Shown in pieces: positions 1 through 8,866 of a stretch of 64,000 bases of DNA. The notes below the pieces were generated by a model that did not search any database, had not been told where the DNA came from, and saw only the letters and a program-made list of their open reading frames with translations. The stretch lies in the NCBI GenBank assembly GCA_965214675.1, contig OZ243969.1, positions 47,249 to 111,248 on the forward strand. Direction: 5' to 3'. This DNA comes from Gammaproteobacteria bacterium. GTDB lineage: Bacteria; Pseudomonadota; Gammaproteobacteria; UBA4575. The position numbers and the translations under genes are program-made. Position 1 is the first letter of the stretch. Every line of letters starts with the position of its first letter.

Positions 1-359
1 GAAAGAGTTCAACAGCACGCGTTTATCTGCGCCCTGGATCAGGCAAAATCACTGTCAATATGCGGGCCTTTGATCAGTATTTTGGCCGGGAGACGTCTTG
101 CATGATTATCCGACAACCACTCGAACTGACTGAGCTAACGGATAAATTTGATATTGATGTTAAGGTCAAAGGTGGTGGCTCCAACGGTCAGGCAGGTGCA
201 GTGCAGCTGGGCATAGCTCGAGCATTGCTGGAGTATGATCAGAATTTGCGCTTGCCATTGCGAAAAAACGGGTTTCTTACACGTGATGCGCGTGAAGTGG
301 AACGCAAAAAAGTCGGCTTGCGTAAAGCGCGCAAGAAAGAACAGTATTCCAAGCGCTAA
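1..359 (+). CDS. rpsI: 30S ribosomal protein S9 (5' end outside window)
   Basis: The frame is open to the window edge. The translation [32 protein letters not shown]...[20 protein letters not shown] matches bacterial S9, including the C-terminal ...SKR. Confidence 0.95.
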   Translation, partial: KSSTARVYLRPGSGKITVNMRAFDQYFGRETSCMIIRQPLELTELTDKFDIDVKVKGGGSNGQAGAVQLGIARALLEYDQNLRLPLRKNGFLTRDAREVERKKVGLRKARKKEQYSKR

Positions 360-562
360 TTTCACGTCTTTGCTGAGGTGCTGTCCCTTGGTACTCAACA
401 GTTCTATCTAGTCAGCGTACCTTCGATTTTTCGATTGAGGAGGGACCCTTGGCCCAGACTCCAAGGGGGGTATCGTTGAGAGCAATGCGGCAGGACGGTA
501 TTCTAAATTACTTCCTTAGTATTCTTGCAAGGTAGACGCTGGATTACTTAAGCAGGCGAATT

Positions 563-1219
563 CTACTGGATGATCTGAAGATCTGATTCTCCACCCAACA
601 CCAAAATATCGGCAGGACGCAACGCAAATAGCCCTACGGTAACAACACCTGCAATATTGTTCAGTTCACGCTCCTTATCTATAGGGTTCAGAATTGTCAA
701 ATTGTGCACATCGAGAATGAGATTGCCATTATCAGTTTTGTATCCATCCCTTAACTCAGGAATACCACCGTGTTTGACCAATTGTCTGGCTACGTGACTT
801 CTTGCCATTGGGATCACTTCAATAGGTAGGGGGAAGGCTCCCAGAGTGTCTACCAGTTTGGTATCGTCCGCAATGCAGATGAATTTCTCACTTGCCCCAG
901 CAACAATTTTTTCACGTGTCAGTGCGCCACCTCCCCCTTTGATTAGGTGTCTGTGGGATGTCGCTTCATCGGCGCCATCTACATATATTGGTAGACCAGG
1001 TACGGAATTTAGATCTAGCACTTGTATGCCATGATTCTTGAGTCTCTTTGCTGTAGCTTCTGAACTTGCTACGGCCCCATCAATCTTTCCCTTTATACCT
1101 GCAAGTGCATCAATGAAATAATTTGCAGTAGACCCCGTGCCAACACCGATTACATCGCCAGCTTGTATATAATCCAAGGCACCCTCGGCAGCAGCTAGTT
1201 TCTTTTTTTCAGTTGACAT
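563..1219 (-). CDS. rpiA: ribose-5-phosphate isomerase A
   Basis: 218 aa. It has [20 protein letters not shown] and [11 protein letters not shown] motifs typical of RpiA. Confidence 0.93.
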   Translation of the reverse strand: MSTEKKKLAAAEGALDYIQAGDVIGVGTGSTANYFIDALAGIKGKIDGAVASSEATAKRLKNHGIQVLDLNSVPGLPIYVDGADEATSHRHLIKGGGGALTREKIVAGASEKFICIADDTKLVDTLGAFPLPIEVIPMARSHVARQLVKHGGIPELRDGYKTDNGNLILDVHNLTILNPIDKERELNNIAGVVTVGLFALRPADILVLGGESDLQIIQ

Positions 1220-1290
1220 AGCATGGCAATAGTTTGAGTTTTGTAAATGATACAGATACTAGCTATGAAAAACATAAAGTATAGAAGATT

Positions 1291-2817
1291 TTGAAAATGA
1301 CAATTAAGAACCTTGTAAGCAAAATTGAAAATGCCAAAGTGTATGATGTTGCTGTCAAGTCCGCACTTGATTTTGCAGACACCTTGTCTAAACGGTTCTC
1401 CAACCAGATTTACCTGAAGAGAGAAGATCAGCAAAGTGTTTTTTCATTCAAACTCAGAGGTGCATATAACAAAATTGCCCGCTTGTCAGATTCTGAAAGA
1501 AGGCGTGGAGTTATAGCAGCATCGGCAGGTAATCACGCACAGGGCGTAGCTCTGGCTGCAAAAAAACTTTCTATTCACGCCACGATAGTGATGCCGTGCA
1601 CGACTCCATCCATCAAAGTGCAGTCGGTTACCCGTATGGGCGCAAAGGCTGTTTTGTATGGCGACACCTATGATGAAGCCTTTCTGTATTCCCAAGAACT
1701 TGCAAAAAGTGAAGGGCTGCCTTATGTGCACCCATATGATGACGAAGATGTAATCGCTGGGCAAGGCACTGTTGCCTTAGAAATCTTGCAACAAATGTCA
1801 TCGGACATAGACGCAATATTTATTCCGATTGGCGGTGGTGGGCTCATTGCCGGCATGGCATCCTATATTAAACACTACCGGCCTGACATAAAGGTGATTG
1901 GTGTTGAACCGCAAGATGCTCCTACTATGCACGCTGCATTGCGCGCAGGAAAAAGGGTGCAGCTGGATACAGTTGGGATATTTGCAGATGGGGTTGCAGT
2001 AAGGTGCGTTGGCGAAGAGACCTTCAATATCGCAAAACAGCTTGTTGATGAAGTGCTATTGGTAAGCACAGATGAAATCTGTGCTGCTATAAAGGATCTT
2101 TTTGATGAGACCCGTACACTATTTGAGCCTGCTGGAGCACTAGCATTAGCAGGGATCAAGCAGTATGTTGACCGCGAGAAAGCCTTAGACAAATTGTTGG
2201 TTGCTGTAAATACCGGTGCAAATATGAATTTTGATCGTTTGCGCCATGTGGCAGAGCGTGCGGAACTCGGAGAAAGAAGAGAATGCTTGTTTGCTGTAAC
2301 TATCCCAGAAAAACCTGGCAGTTTTCTGACTTTCTGTCGAATGCTTGGGTCTCGTGGGGTGACAGAGTTCAACTATCGTTATGCAGACAGTGATCAAGCA
2401 CAAATATTTTTGGGTGTAAAAGTCGAGGATGCTGAAACTGAAAAAAGTAAACTACTGAATGAACTGGAAACATCTGGGTATCCTGCACTAGACATCTCTG
2501 ACAATGAAGTTGCAATACTTCATTTGCGGCATATGGTAGGTGGTCGAAGCCCAACATTGGAAAATGAAATCTTGTTCCGCTTTGAATTTCCGGAACGACC
2601 AGGCGCGTTGTTAGATTTTTTGGAAATGATCGGCCAAGAGTGGAATATAAGCCTGTTTCACTATCGCAATCATGGAGCAGCCTATGGACGCGTCTTAGCT
2701 GGCATTCAGGTGCCTGCAGAAAACCGGAAGCGGTTTGACCAGTTCTTGGCTAAACTTGGGTACAGCTGCTGGGAGGAGACTGGTAACCCAGTTTATAAAT
2801 TGTTCTTGGGAGACTGA
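1291..2817 (+). CDS. ilvA: biosynthetic threonine ammonia-lyase (threonine dehydratase)
   Basis: 508 aa. It has the PLP-lysine motif SFKLRGAYN, a GGGGL loop and a duplicated C-terminal regulatory domain. The ORF opens with TTG at 1291 and the first ATG is at 1297. Confidence 0.93.
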   Translation: MKMTIKNLVSKIENAKVYDVAVKSALDFADTLSKRFSNQIYLKREDQQSVFSFKLRGAYNKIARLSDSERRRGVIAASAGNHAQGVALAAKKLSIHATIVMPCTTPSIKVQSVTRMGAKAVLYGDTYDEAFLYSQELAKSEGLPYVHPYDDEDVIAGQGTVALEILQQMSSDIDAIFIPIGGGGLIAGMASYIKHYRPDIKVIGVEPQDAPTMHAALRAGKRVQLDTVGIFADGVAVRCVGEETFNIAKQLVDEVLLVSTDEICAAIKDLFDETRTLFEPAGALALAGIKQYVDREKALDKLLVAVNTGANMNFDRLRHVAERAELGERRECLFAVTIPEKPGSFLTFCRMLGSRGVTEFNYRYADSDQAQIFLGVKVEDAETEKSKLLNELETSGYPALDISDNEVAILHLRHMVGGRSPTLENEILFRFEFPERPGALLDFLEMIGQEWNISLFHYRNHGAAYGRVLAGIQVPAENRKRFDQFLAKLGYSCWEETGNPVYKLFLGD

Positions 2818-2878
2818 TTTCCAAATGACCTGAATCTGAGTGATCTTCAAGAAAGGCTCTAGAGATGCCTCTTTTCGC

Positions 2879-2918
2879 ACACACAAAAAAGGCTCTGTAA
2901 AGAGCCTTTTTTGTGTGT
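2879..2918. terminator. bidirectional rho-independent terminator between convergent ilvA and the H1-like gene
   Basis: A perfect 18-bp inverted repeat acacacaaaaaaggctct / agagccttttttgtgtgt flanks a 4-nt loop gtaa. A/T runs on both sides give a U-tail on either strand. Confidence 0.85.
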
Positions 2919-2935
2919 CGCATTGATGTTTTTGG

Positions 2936-3367
2936 TCAGCGAGTCTTACGTTTGACTGCTTTACGCTTGACGGCCTTTTTGGCGGTTTTGCGTTTGACTG
3001 CTTTACGCTTGACGGCCTTTTTAGCGGTTTTGCGTTTGACTGCTTTACGCTTGACGGCCTTTTTAGCGGTTTTGCGTTTGACTGCTTTACGCTTGACGGC
3101 CTTTTTAGCGGTTTTGCGTTTGACTGCTTTACGCTTGACGGCCTTTTTGGCGGTTTTGCGTTTGACTGCTTTACGCTTGACGGCCTTTTTGGCGGTTTTG
3201 CGTTTGACTGCTTTACGCTTGACGGCCTTTTTAGCGGTTTTGCGTTTGACTGCTTTACGCTTGACGGCCTTTTTAGCGGTTTTGCGTTTGACTGCTTTAC
3301 GCTTGACAGTCTTTTTAGCAGTTTTGCGTCTGGCAGTTGCGGCGGTTTTACGTTTCTTGATGGCCAT
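2936..3367 (-). CDS. histone H1-like Lys/Ala/Arg-rich nucleoid protein, nine 14-aa repeats (KTAKKAVKRKAVKR)
   Basis: An ATG at 3367 is preceded by GGAGGGGAG 5-6 nt upstream, and the gene ends just before the terminator at 2879-2918. Its composition resembles AlgP/BpH1-type bacterial H1-like proteins. The ORF track starts one codon earlier (TTG at 3370). Confidence 0.75.
   Translation of the reverse strand: MAIKKRKTAATARRKTAKKTVKRKAVKRKTAKKAVKRKAVKRKTAKKAVKRKAVKRKTAKKAVKRKAVKRKTAKKAVKRKAVKRKTAKKAVKRKAVKRKTAKKAVKRKAVKRKTAKKAVKRKAVKRKTAKKAVKRKAVKRKTR
2949..3326. repeat. tandem array, 9 x 42 bp, near-identical, in-frame within the H1-like CDS
   Basis: The unit is cgtttgactgctttacgcttgacggcctttttRgcggttttg. 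Units begin at 2949, 2991, 3033 ... 3285. Units 1-8 differ only at one G/A position, and unit 9 has a few more substitutions. Confidence 0.97.
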
Positions 3368-3503
3368 CAATACTCCCCTCCAAACAATAAACGTTTAGTT
3401 ATAGACGCACTAAAGTATAAACGTTTGATATATAAATACTAGTATTTTTGTAATGGATTTAATTCCAAGTCCTGCATGCAAATTCAAGTCACAATGCATC
3501 GGT

Positions 3504-3956
3504 TTATTCTAATGACAAAATATAATTCCAATGCTTTTTGCTTACTGGCATGACTGAAAGTCGATTACCAGGTTTTAGGAGTTGCAAACCGTCCAGATGT
3601 TTTTGCTGTCTGAGTTCTGCAAGTGTAATCGTGCGCTTTAGCTTACGTTTATAGCGTACATCTACCATGAACCATCGCGGATTCTCAGGATCACTTTTCG
3701 GATCGTAATGTTTATCTTCCGGATCAAAAGCGGTGTGATCAGCATAGGATTCACGCGCTACAGTCATGATTCCTACAATTCCAATTTCGTCACAATTCGA
3801 GTGATACATGAAGGCTAAATCACCTTTTTTCATGTCGTCACGCATCATGTTGCGTGCTTGGTAATTGCGAACTCCATCCCAAGGCTCTACCTTGTCACGC
3901 TTCAGGTCATCGATACTGTATTCACCTGGTTCACTTTTCATCAACCAATACTGCAT
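3504..3956 (-). CDS. EVE (PUA-like) domain-containing protein
   Basis: 150 aa. MQYWLMKSEPGEYSIDDL...WDGVRNYQARNMMRD...GNRLSVMPV matches the conserved pattern of the EVE/thymocyte-nuclear-protein-like family. Confidence 0.85.
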   Translation of the reverse strand: MQYWLMKSEPGEYSIDDLKRDKVEPWDGVRNYQARNMMRDDMKKGDLAFMYHSNCDEIGIVGIMTVARESYADHTAFDPEDKHYDPKSDPENPRWFMVDVRYKRKLKRTITLAELRQQKHLDGLQLLKPGNRLSVMPVSKKHWNYILSLE

Positions 3957-4017
3957 GAAGAAATACCTAAATATTTGTATGTAAAAAGGTTCTAGCGAGG
4001 ATTTGAAAACGCAGTAC

Positions 4018-4210
4018 GCGGATACACTCCACGATTACTGTGGCTACCGTTGCCCTTGAACCAGAGGTTCAAGTGGGAGAACTGAAAGATGTATCAGGCT
4101 TCCCATATTCTGGGACTGCACAACAACATATTTACAGTATGTTCCCTGGGTAAAATAATAGGCTCAAGGTATGTACTTAGCAGCTCACCTGTTCCGCAGA
4201 GGTATCCGGT
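4018..4210 (-). ncRNA. ssrS: 6S RNA
   Basis: It lies immediately downstream of zapA, as in E. coli. The minus strand carries ACCUUGAGCCUAUUAUUUUACC (E. coli CCCUGAGCCGAUAUUUCAUACC), GAAGCCU, and CUUGAACCUCUGGUUCAAGGGCAACGGUAGCC (E. coli CUUGAACCAAGGGUUCAAGGGUUACAGCC). A closing stem pairs GGAUACCUC with GAGUGUAUCC. The ends are approximate. Confidence 0.82.
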
Positions 4211-4232
4211 TTCAGTGAAGTTTATCAGATTA

Positions 4233-4547
4233 TCAAAGTTCGAGCTGTCGGGTGTTTTTTAGGGCAGCCTCAATGCGATCCTGAAGGCCACGAACACATG
4301 TATGGAAATCTCTGCTAATTTGTTCCTGATTACCTGTTTGCGAGAGTAGTGCATGGGCAAGGTTGAGTGCGGCCATGACTGCGATGCGGTCTGCCCCGAT
4401 GACTTTGCCATCATTTCGCACTTCCTGTATATGGGTATTCAATAGCTCTGCAGATGCCTGCAGAGACTCTTCTTCTCCCTTTCCGCACACGACACGATAT
4501 TCTTTGTCCAAAATGCTAAGTACGATAGGAGAATCTGGTGTACTCAT
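4233..4547 (-). CDS. zapA: cell division protein ZapA
   Basis: 104 aa. ILDKEYRVVCGKGEEESLQASAELLN...AVMAALNLAHAL is typical ZapA. It holds the conserved position upstream of ssrS and divergent from pepP. Confidence 0.88.
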   Translation of the reverse strand: MSTPDSPIVLSILDKEYRVVCGKGEEESLQASAELLNTHIQEVRNDGKVIGADRIAVMAALNLAHALLSQTGNQEQISRDFHTCVRGLQDRIEAALKNTRQLEL

Positions 4548-4777
4548 ATACTGACCTCCATTGACTTAAGTCGAATTATCATTGCTTCGACTCTTTTTCG
4601 AGCCTGTTCATTTTTGTCAATCAAACTGGCTCTTTCAGCTGTGTATGAGTCCTGCTGCGCCTTTAGCAGGCTATTCTCTTTCTTGAGGTCTTCGTATGCC
4701 TGAATAAGGTTGTTCACACGACTCTCAAGCCGATTTAGATCTTTTTTATTGAGCAGGCTTGAGTCTGTCTTCCCCAT
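4544..4777 (-). CDS. small coiled-coil protein (ZapB-like / TIGR02449-type)
   Basis: 77 aa with heptad-rich sequence (LESRVNNLIQAYEDLKKENSLLKAQQ). It overlaps the zapA start by 4 nt. A gene of this kind usually precedes zapA in gammaproteobacteria. Confidence 0.6.
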   Translation of the reverse strand: MGKTDSSLLNKKDLNRLESRVNNLIQAYEDLKKENSLLKAQQDSYTAERASLIDKNEQARKRVEAMIIRLKSMEVSI

Positions 4778-5054
4778 TGCAAAATGGTAGGATGAAGCAC
4801 CTTTACCGTCAACTCGAAATTGAGAAATAAATCCTGATTTGCTGAAATGATTGAAAATATTGCATGCTAGGGTCTGTATCTGGGCATAGATTCAAAGCAA
4901 AAGCTCTCAGGGGCCTATAAGATAGAGAATATTTCGAGAGATTAAATTTGCAGGTGCTGTCTATACTGGACGGATTTATTTTCAGAGGATTAAGCCAATC
5001 TATCCAAGAATGGCCTGCTCAAATACCTTGCGAGGTTTGTTGCCTTAAAATGGA

Positions 5055-6365
5055 ATGAACACGAAAGAACTGCTTAAACGACGTAAAATGCTGATGCGTA
5101 TGGTGGGCCAAAAAGGTGTCGCCATAATCCCTTCTGCAAAACCGGTTTCGCGAAATAGAGATGTCGATCATGTCTTTCGCCAAGACAGCGATTTTCTATA
5201 TCTGACAGGCTTTGAGGAGCCTAACGCTTTGGCATTATTGTTACCAGACAAGGGTGGCGATCAGTACATATTGTTTTGCCGTGAACGCGATGTTGAGCAG
5301 GAGATATGGAATGGGTATCGAGAGGGTCTGGAAGGCGCTAAAAAGAATTATTTTGCAAACAAGGCCTACGCGATCAGCCAAATTAATGAAATTCTTCCAC
5401 GTCTCCTCTCAGATCGTGAAAGAATTTTTTACCCAATGGGCCGTGATGCGAGTTTTGACAGTAAGGTAATTAACTGGGTGAATCAGTCACGTGGTTCTTA
5501 CCAGACCGCAAAACATACTATGCATGAATTGCGCTCGCTGGACTATCTGCTTCACGACATGCGTTTGTACAAGTCTCGGAGTGAGGTGAGCTTGATGCGA
5601 AAGGCAGCGAAGGTCTCTATTTCAGCACACCAGCGCGCCATGCAGGCCTGTAAGCCGGGAATGCATGAGTATGAGGTCGAAGCTGAGTTGTTATATGAGT
5701 TTAAAAAAGCCGGCTGCGTTCCAGCGTATCCCTCCATCGTCGGAGGTGGAAGCAATGCCTGTATTTTGCATTACATCGAGAATAGTCAAATGCTCAATGA
5801 TGGAGAATTATTGCTTATTGATGCAGGCGCAGAGTATCAAGGCTATGCGAGTGATATTACGCGCACCTTCCCAATAAATGGTGTCTTTTCAAAGATTCAG
5901 CGAGAAGTGTACGAGCTGGTGTTGGAGGCTCAAATCGCGGCAATTCGCAAGGTAAAGTCCGGTAATCACTGGAATGACCCACATCAGGAAGCTGTGAAGG
6001 TACTTACCAAAGGCTTGGTGAGCTTGGGCTTGTTGAAAGGCAAACCTGCTAAACTAATTAGAGATGAGGAGTATAGGCAGTTTTATATGCATCGTACCGG
6101 GCATTGGCTGGGCTTGGATGTGCATGATGTGGGTGACTATAGATTTGATGAAGAATGGAGACTGCTGGAGCCAGGTATGACATTGACTGTTGAACCTGGC
6201 TTATACCTTGCACGTGCGAAAGGTGTACCAAAATGTTTCTGGAATATGGGTATCCGCATTGAGGACGATGTACTAGTTACTAAAGATGGCAACCAGGTGA
6301 TTACTGAAAAGCTTACCCGTGATCCAGACGAAATTGAAACCCTGATGGCGGCCACTGTACATTAA
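5055..6365 (+). CDS. pepP: Xaa-Pro aminopeptidase
   Basis: 436 aa with M24B motifs DAGAEYQGYASDITRTFP, HRTGHWLGLDVHD and GIRIEDD. Synteny is pepP-ubiH-ubiI. Confidence 0.93.
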   Translation: MNTKELLKRRKMLMRMVGQKGVAIIPSAKPVSRNRDVDHVFRQDSDFLYLTGFEEPNALALLLPDKGGDQYILFCRERDVEQEIWNGYREGLEGAKKNYFANKAYAISQINEILPRLLSDRERIFYPMGRDASFDSKVINWVNQSRGSYQTAKHTMHELRSLDYLLHDMRLYKSRSEVSLMRKAAKVSISAHQRAMQACKPGMHEYEVEAELLYEFKKAGCVPAYPSIVGGGSNACILHYIENSQMLNDGELLLIDAGAEYQGYASDITRTFPINGVFSKIQREVYELVLEAQIAAIRKVKSGNHWNDPHQEAVKVLTKGLVSLGLLKGKPAKLIRDEEYRQFYMHRTGHWLGLDVHDVGDYRFDEEWRLLEPGMTLTVEPGLYLARAKGVPKCFWNMGIRIEDDVLVTKDGNQVITEKLTRDPDEIETLMAATVH

Positions 6366-6380
6366 GACCCCCTGCACATC

Positions 6381-7589
6381 ATGCCGCGTTGTTATGATAT
6401 TGCCATTGTAGGGGGTGGGTTTGTTGGCAACACTTTAGCTTGTGCCCTAGCTACAGTGCCTGGTCAAATTGCATTGATAGAAGGCAAACCTATCTCTCCA
6501 GCAAATGGCAAAAGTCCCAATAGAGATGAGCGCAGCATTGCACTGGCTCTCGCTTCCCAAAAAATGTTTGATGCCTTGGGCGTGTGGGAGCAACTAGGCC
6601 TACACTCCATAGCGATAAAAAAAATCCATATTTCAGATCAGGGGCGGTTTGGTGCAATGCGCTTGGATAGCCGCAACTATGAGTCAGAGTGCTTCGGCTA
6701 TATGGTCCCTGCGGAAAAGCTCATTCTTTCTTTGCAAAAGCATCTTCAAGGATTCGAGAATATCCAGCGTGTACAACCCTACAAGGTGTCTGATATCGAG
6801 AGTCATAAGGATCGGGTAGTTTTGCATGGAAATGGTGAGTCCATACAAGCTAAGCTTTTAGTAGCAGCGGATGGGTCACAGTCCTTTATTCGCAACAAGC
6901 TGGGCATACCTGTACAAGAAAAAAATTATCATCAAACTGCAATTGTTGGCAATATCAGTATCGATAGCGACCACCAGTTTACAGCATATGAGAGGTTTAC
7001 CCGGTATGGACCCCTAACATTGTTACCGCATGCTGGCAACAATTGTGGATTTATATGGGTATTACCAAATCACGTTGCACGTGAACTTATAGCGCGCCCC
7101 GATGAGGATTTTCTGCTTACGATGCAACGGGCCTTCGGTTACCGTCTCGGTTACTTTTCCGGAATGGGCAAGCGTTTTTCTTTCCCTTTGTCATTGCTGG
7201 TGAGTCAACAGCGTGTGTACCAGCGTGTAGTGTTGATAGGCAATGCAGCCCAAACTTTACATCCAATTGGTGCGCAGAGCTTGAATCTTGCGCTACGCGA
7301 TGTTGCAGAACTTAGTGAAACGTTACATTCGACCCAGGGTGTCTCAGATGAAATTCATGAGAAACTTCGCATATATGCAACAGCACGTCAGTCGGACATA
7401 AGACGCACAATCCGCCTTACAAATCTTTTCAATTTCCTGTTCACTACGAATGATCCGTTGCTATCTCGGAAAAGAGGGATGGGTCTGGCACTTTTAGGTG
7501 CTGTTCCAATTATGGAAAGTTTTATCCTGAAGCAAAGCTCAGGTGTGCCCAGTACTGCATCAAGGATTTTGCCAGGCAATTCACTGTAG
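6381..7589 (+). CDS. ubiH: 2-octaprenyl-6-methoxyphenol hydroxylase (FAD-dependent)
   Basis: 402 aa with the FAD fold IVGGGFVGNTLA, ADGSQSFIR and GNAAQTLHPIGAQSLN. It sits directly after pepP. Confidence 0.85.
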   Translation: MPRCYDIAIVGGGFVGNTLACALATVPGQIALIEGKPISPANGKSPNRDERSIALALASQKMFDALGVWEQLGLHSIAIKKIHISDQGRFGAMRLDSRNYESECFGYMVPAEKLILSLQKHLQGFENIQRVQPYKVSDIESHKDRVVLHGNGESIQAKLLVAADGSQSFIRNKLGIPVQEKNYHQTAIVGNISIDSDHQFTAYERFTRYGPLTLLPHAGNNCGFIWVLPNHVARELIARPDEDFLLTMQRAFGYRLGYFSGMGKRFSFPLSLLVSQQRVYQRVVLIGNAAQTLHPIGAQSLNLALRDVAELSETLHSTQGVSDEIHEKLRIYATARQSDIRRTIRLTNLFNFLFTTNDPLLSRKRGMGLALLGAVPIMESFILKQSSGVPSTASRILPGNSL

Positions 7590-7594
7590 TCTCC

Positions 7595-8815
7595 ATGACT
7601 GCAAAAGCAACAAAGGTTGATGTCATAATTGTGGGAGCTGGCATGGCTGGTCTGACATTGGCAAATTTGCTGGCGAAACAAGGCAAATCACTGGTCATGA
7701 TTGACCGCGCGCTTCCAAAAAAATACGATCCCGCAGGAACTTGGGATGTTCGAGTGACTGCTGTCAGCCCTGGGTCCAGGGCAATTTTCAAATTTGCTGG
7801 TATCTGGTCAGATGTGCAGGCGAAGCGAGTAAGCGAATTCGACACCATGGTAGTTTGGGACGAAGCCAGTACTGCAAGAATAAACTTCCATGCGAGAGAT
7901 GTTCATCAACCTGTTTTGGGTTATATCGTAGAAAACAGGTTAATTCAGTCAAGCTTGTATAACTCCCTGCAGGATGTTTCCAATATTCAGTGGTGTGTGC
8001 CGGGAAGTGTGACCGGTGTAGCTCACTGTGATGATGTGATCGAAGTAACTTTAGATAATAGCGAAGTGCTTCGGGCGGAATTGCTTGTAGGGGCAGACGG
8101 GAGTCAATCTGTGGTACGTGACCTCGCTGAAATATCTTATGTAGAAGTGCCTTATCAACAGCAGGGTATTGTGGCAAATGTAAAAGCAGAACGTCCACAT
8201 CAGCGTACTGCGTGGCAGCGTTTTCTCAAAACTGGTCCATTGGCCCTGCTGCCCACTGGAATCGGCAAGGAAAATCACGAATGCTCGATTGTCTGGTCAG
8301 CTGAAAATGGATACGCAATGCAACTGATGCAAATGGATGAGGAGGCATTTTCCAAAGCTGTTACAAAGGCTAGCAATTCACAGCTCGGCAATCTTACAGT
8401 GATGTCGGAGCGTGCTTGCTTCCCACTGCATTCAGGTCAAGCTGGCAACTTGGTTCGGCCACGAATCGCATTGGTTGGTGACGCTGCCCACACGCTGCAT
8501 CCTTTGGCAGGTCAGGGGGCCAACTTGGGATTTACAGATGTAGCAGTGATTGCCCATATCCTGGAAGAGACTAAACGGGATATCGGAAGCCTCCGGGTGT
8601 TACGGAAATACGAACGTGCTCGGGCAGGCGAGATCAGGGTTATGCAGCATGCAATGGATGCATTTGTTGCAGTATATGGCTCTTCTTTCAAGCCTCTTGT
8701 AGCTGCGCGAAGTATTGCGCTGAACATGGCAGAACACACGCCTTCCATGAAAAGATTTTTTATGAGACATGCGATGGGGTTGAACAGCGGCAGACCCGTT
8801 TTTTCAGACAGGTGA
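7595..8815 (+). CDS. ubiI: UbiH/UbiF/VisC/COQ6-family ubiquinone-biosynthesis hydroxylase
   Basis: 406 aa with IVGAGMAGLTLA, ADGSQSVVR and GDAAHTLHPLAGQGANLG. It is the second paralogue after ubiH, as in E. coli visC/ubiI. Confidence 0.8.
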   Translation: MTAKATKVDVIIVGAGMAGLTLANLLAKQGKSLVMIDRALPKKYDPAGTWDVRVTAVSPGSRAIFKFAGIWSDVQAKRVSEFDTMVVWDEASTARINFHARDVHQPVLGYIVENRLIQSSLYNSLQDVSNIQWCVPGSVTGVAHCDDVIEVTLDNSEVLRAELLVGADGSQSVVRDLAEISYVEVPYQQQGIVANVKAERPHQRTAWQRFLKTGPLALLPTGIGKENHECSIVWSAENGYAMQLMQMDEEAFSKAVTKASNSQLGNLTVMSERACFPLHSGQAGNLVRPRIALVGDAAHTLHPLAGQGANLGFTDVAVIAHILEETKRDIGSLRVLRKYERARAGEIRVMQHAMDAFVAVYGSSFKPLVAARSIALNMAEHTPSMKRFFMRHAMGLNSGRPVFSDR

Positions 8816-8866
8816 TCTGTATATTAACTATGCAGACTAAGCATTGCTGCATGCTGAAAGCTGGAG

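Noticed and set aside
360-562. Possible terminator or sRNA between rpsI and rpiA (7-bp hairpin cccttgg/ccaaggg near 455-476)
   Set aside because: The hairpin is not followed by a T-run on either strand, and I recognised no conserved RNA motif.
2949-3326. Possible CRISPR array (regular 42-bp periodicity)
   Set aside because: The repeats are directly contiguous with no unique spacers. They are in frame and coding, and no cas genes are nearby.
2913-3398. 161-aa plus-strand ORF (LRLTALRLTAFLAV repeats) across the 42-bp repeat array
   Set aside because: It is the mirror frame of the minus-strand H1-like gene. It has no SD, it starts inside the terminator hairpin, and its Leu/Arg/Thr repeat composition has no precedent. 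The minus-strand frame has a strong SD, an ATG and a terminator.
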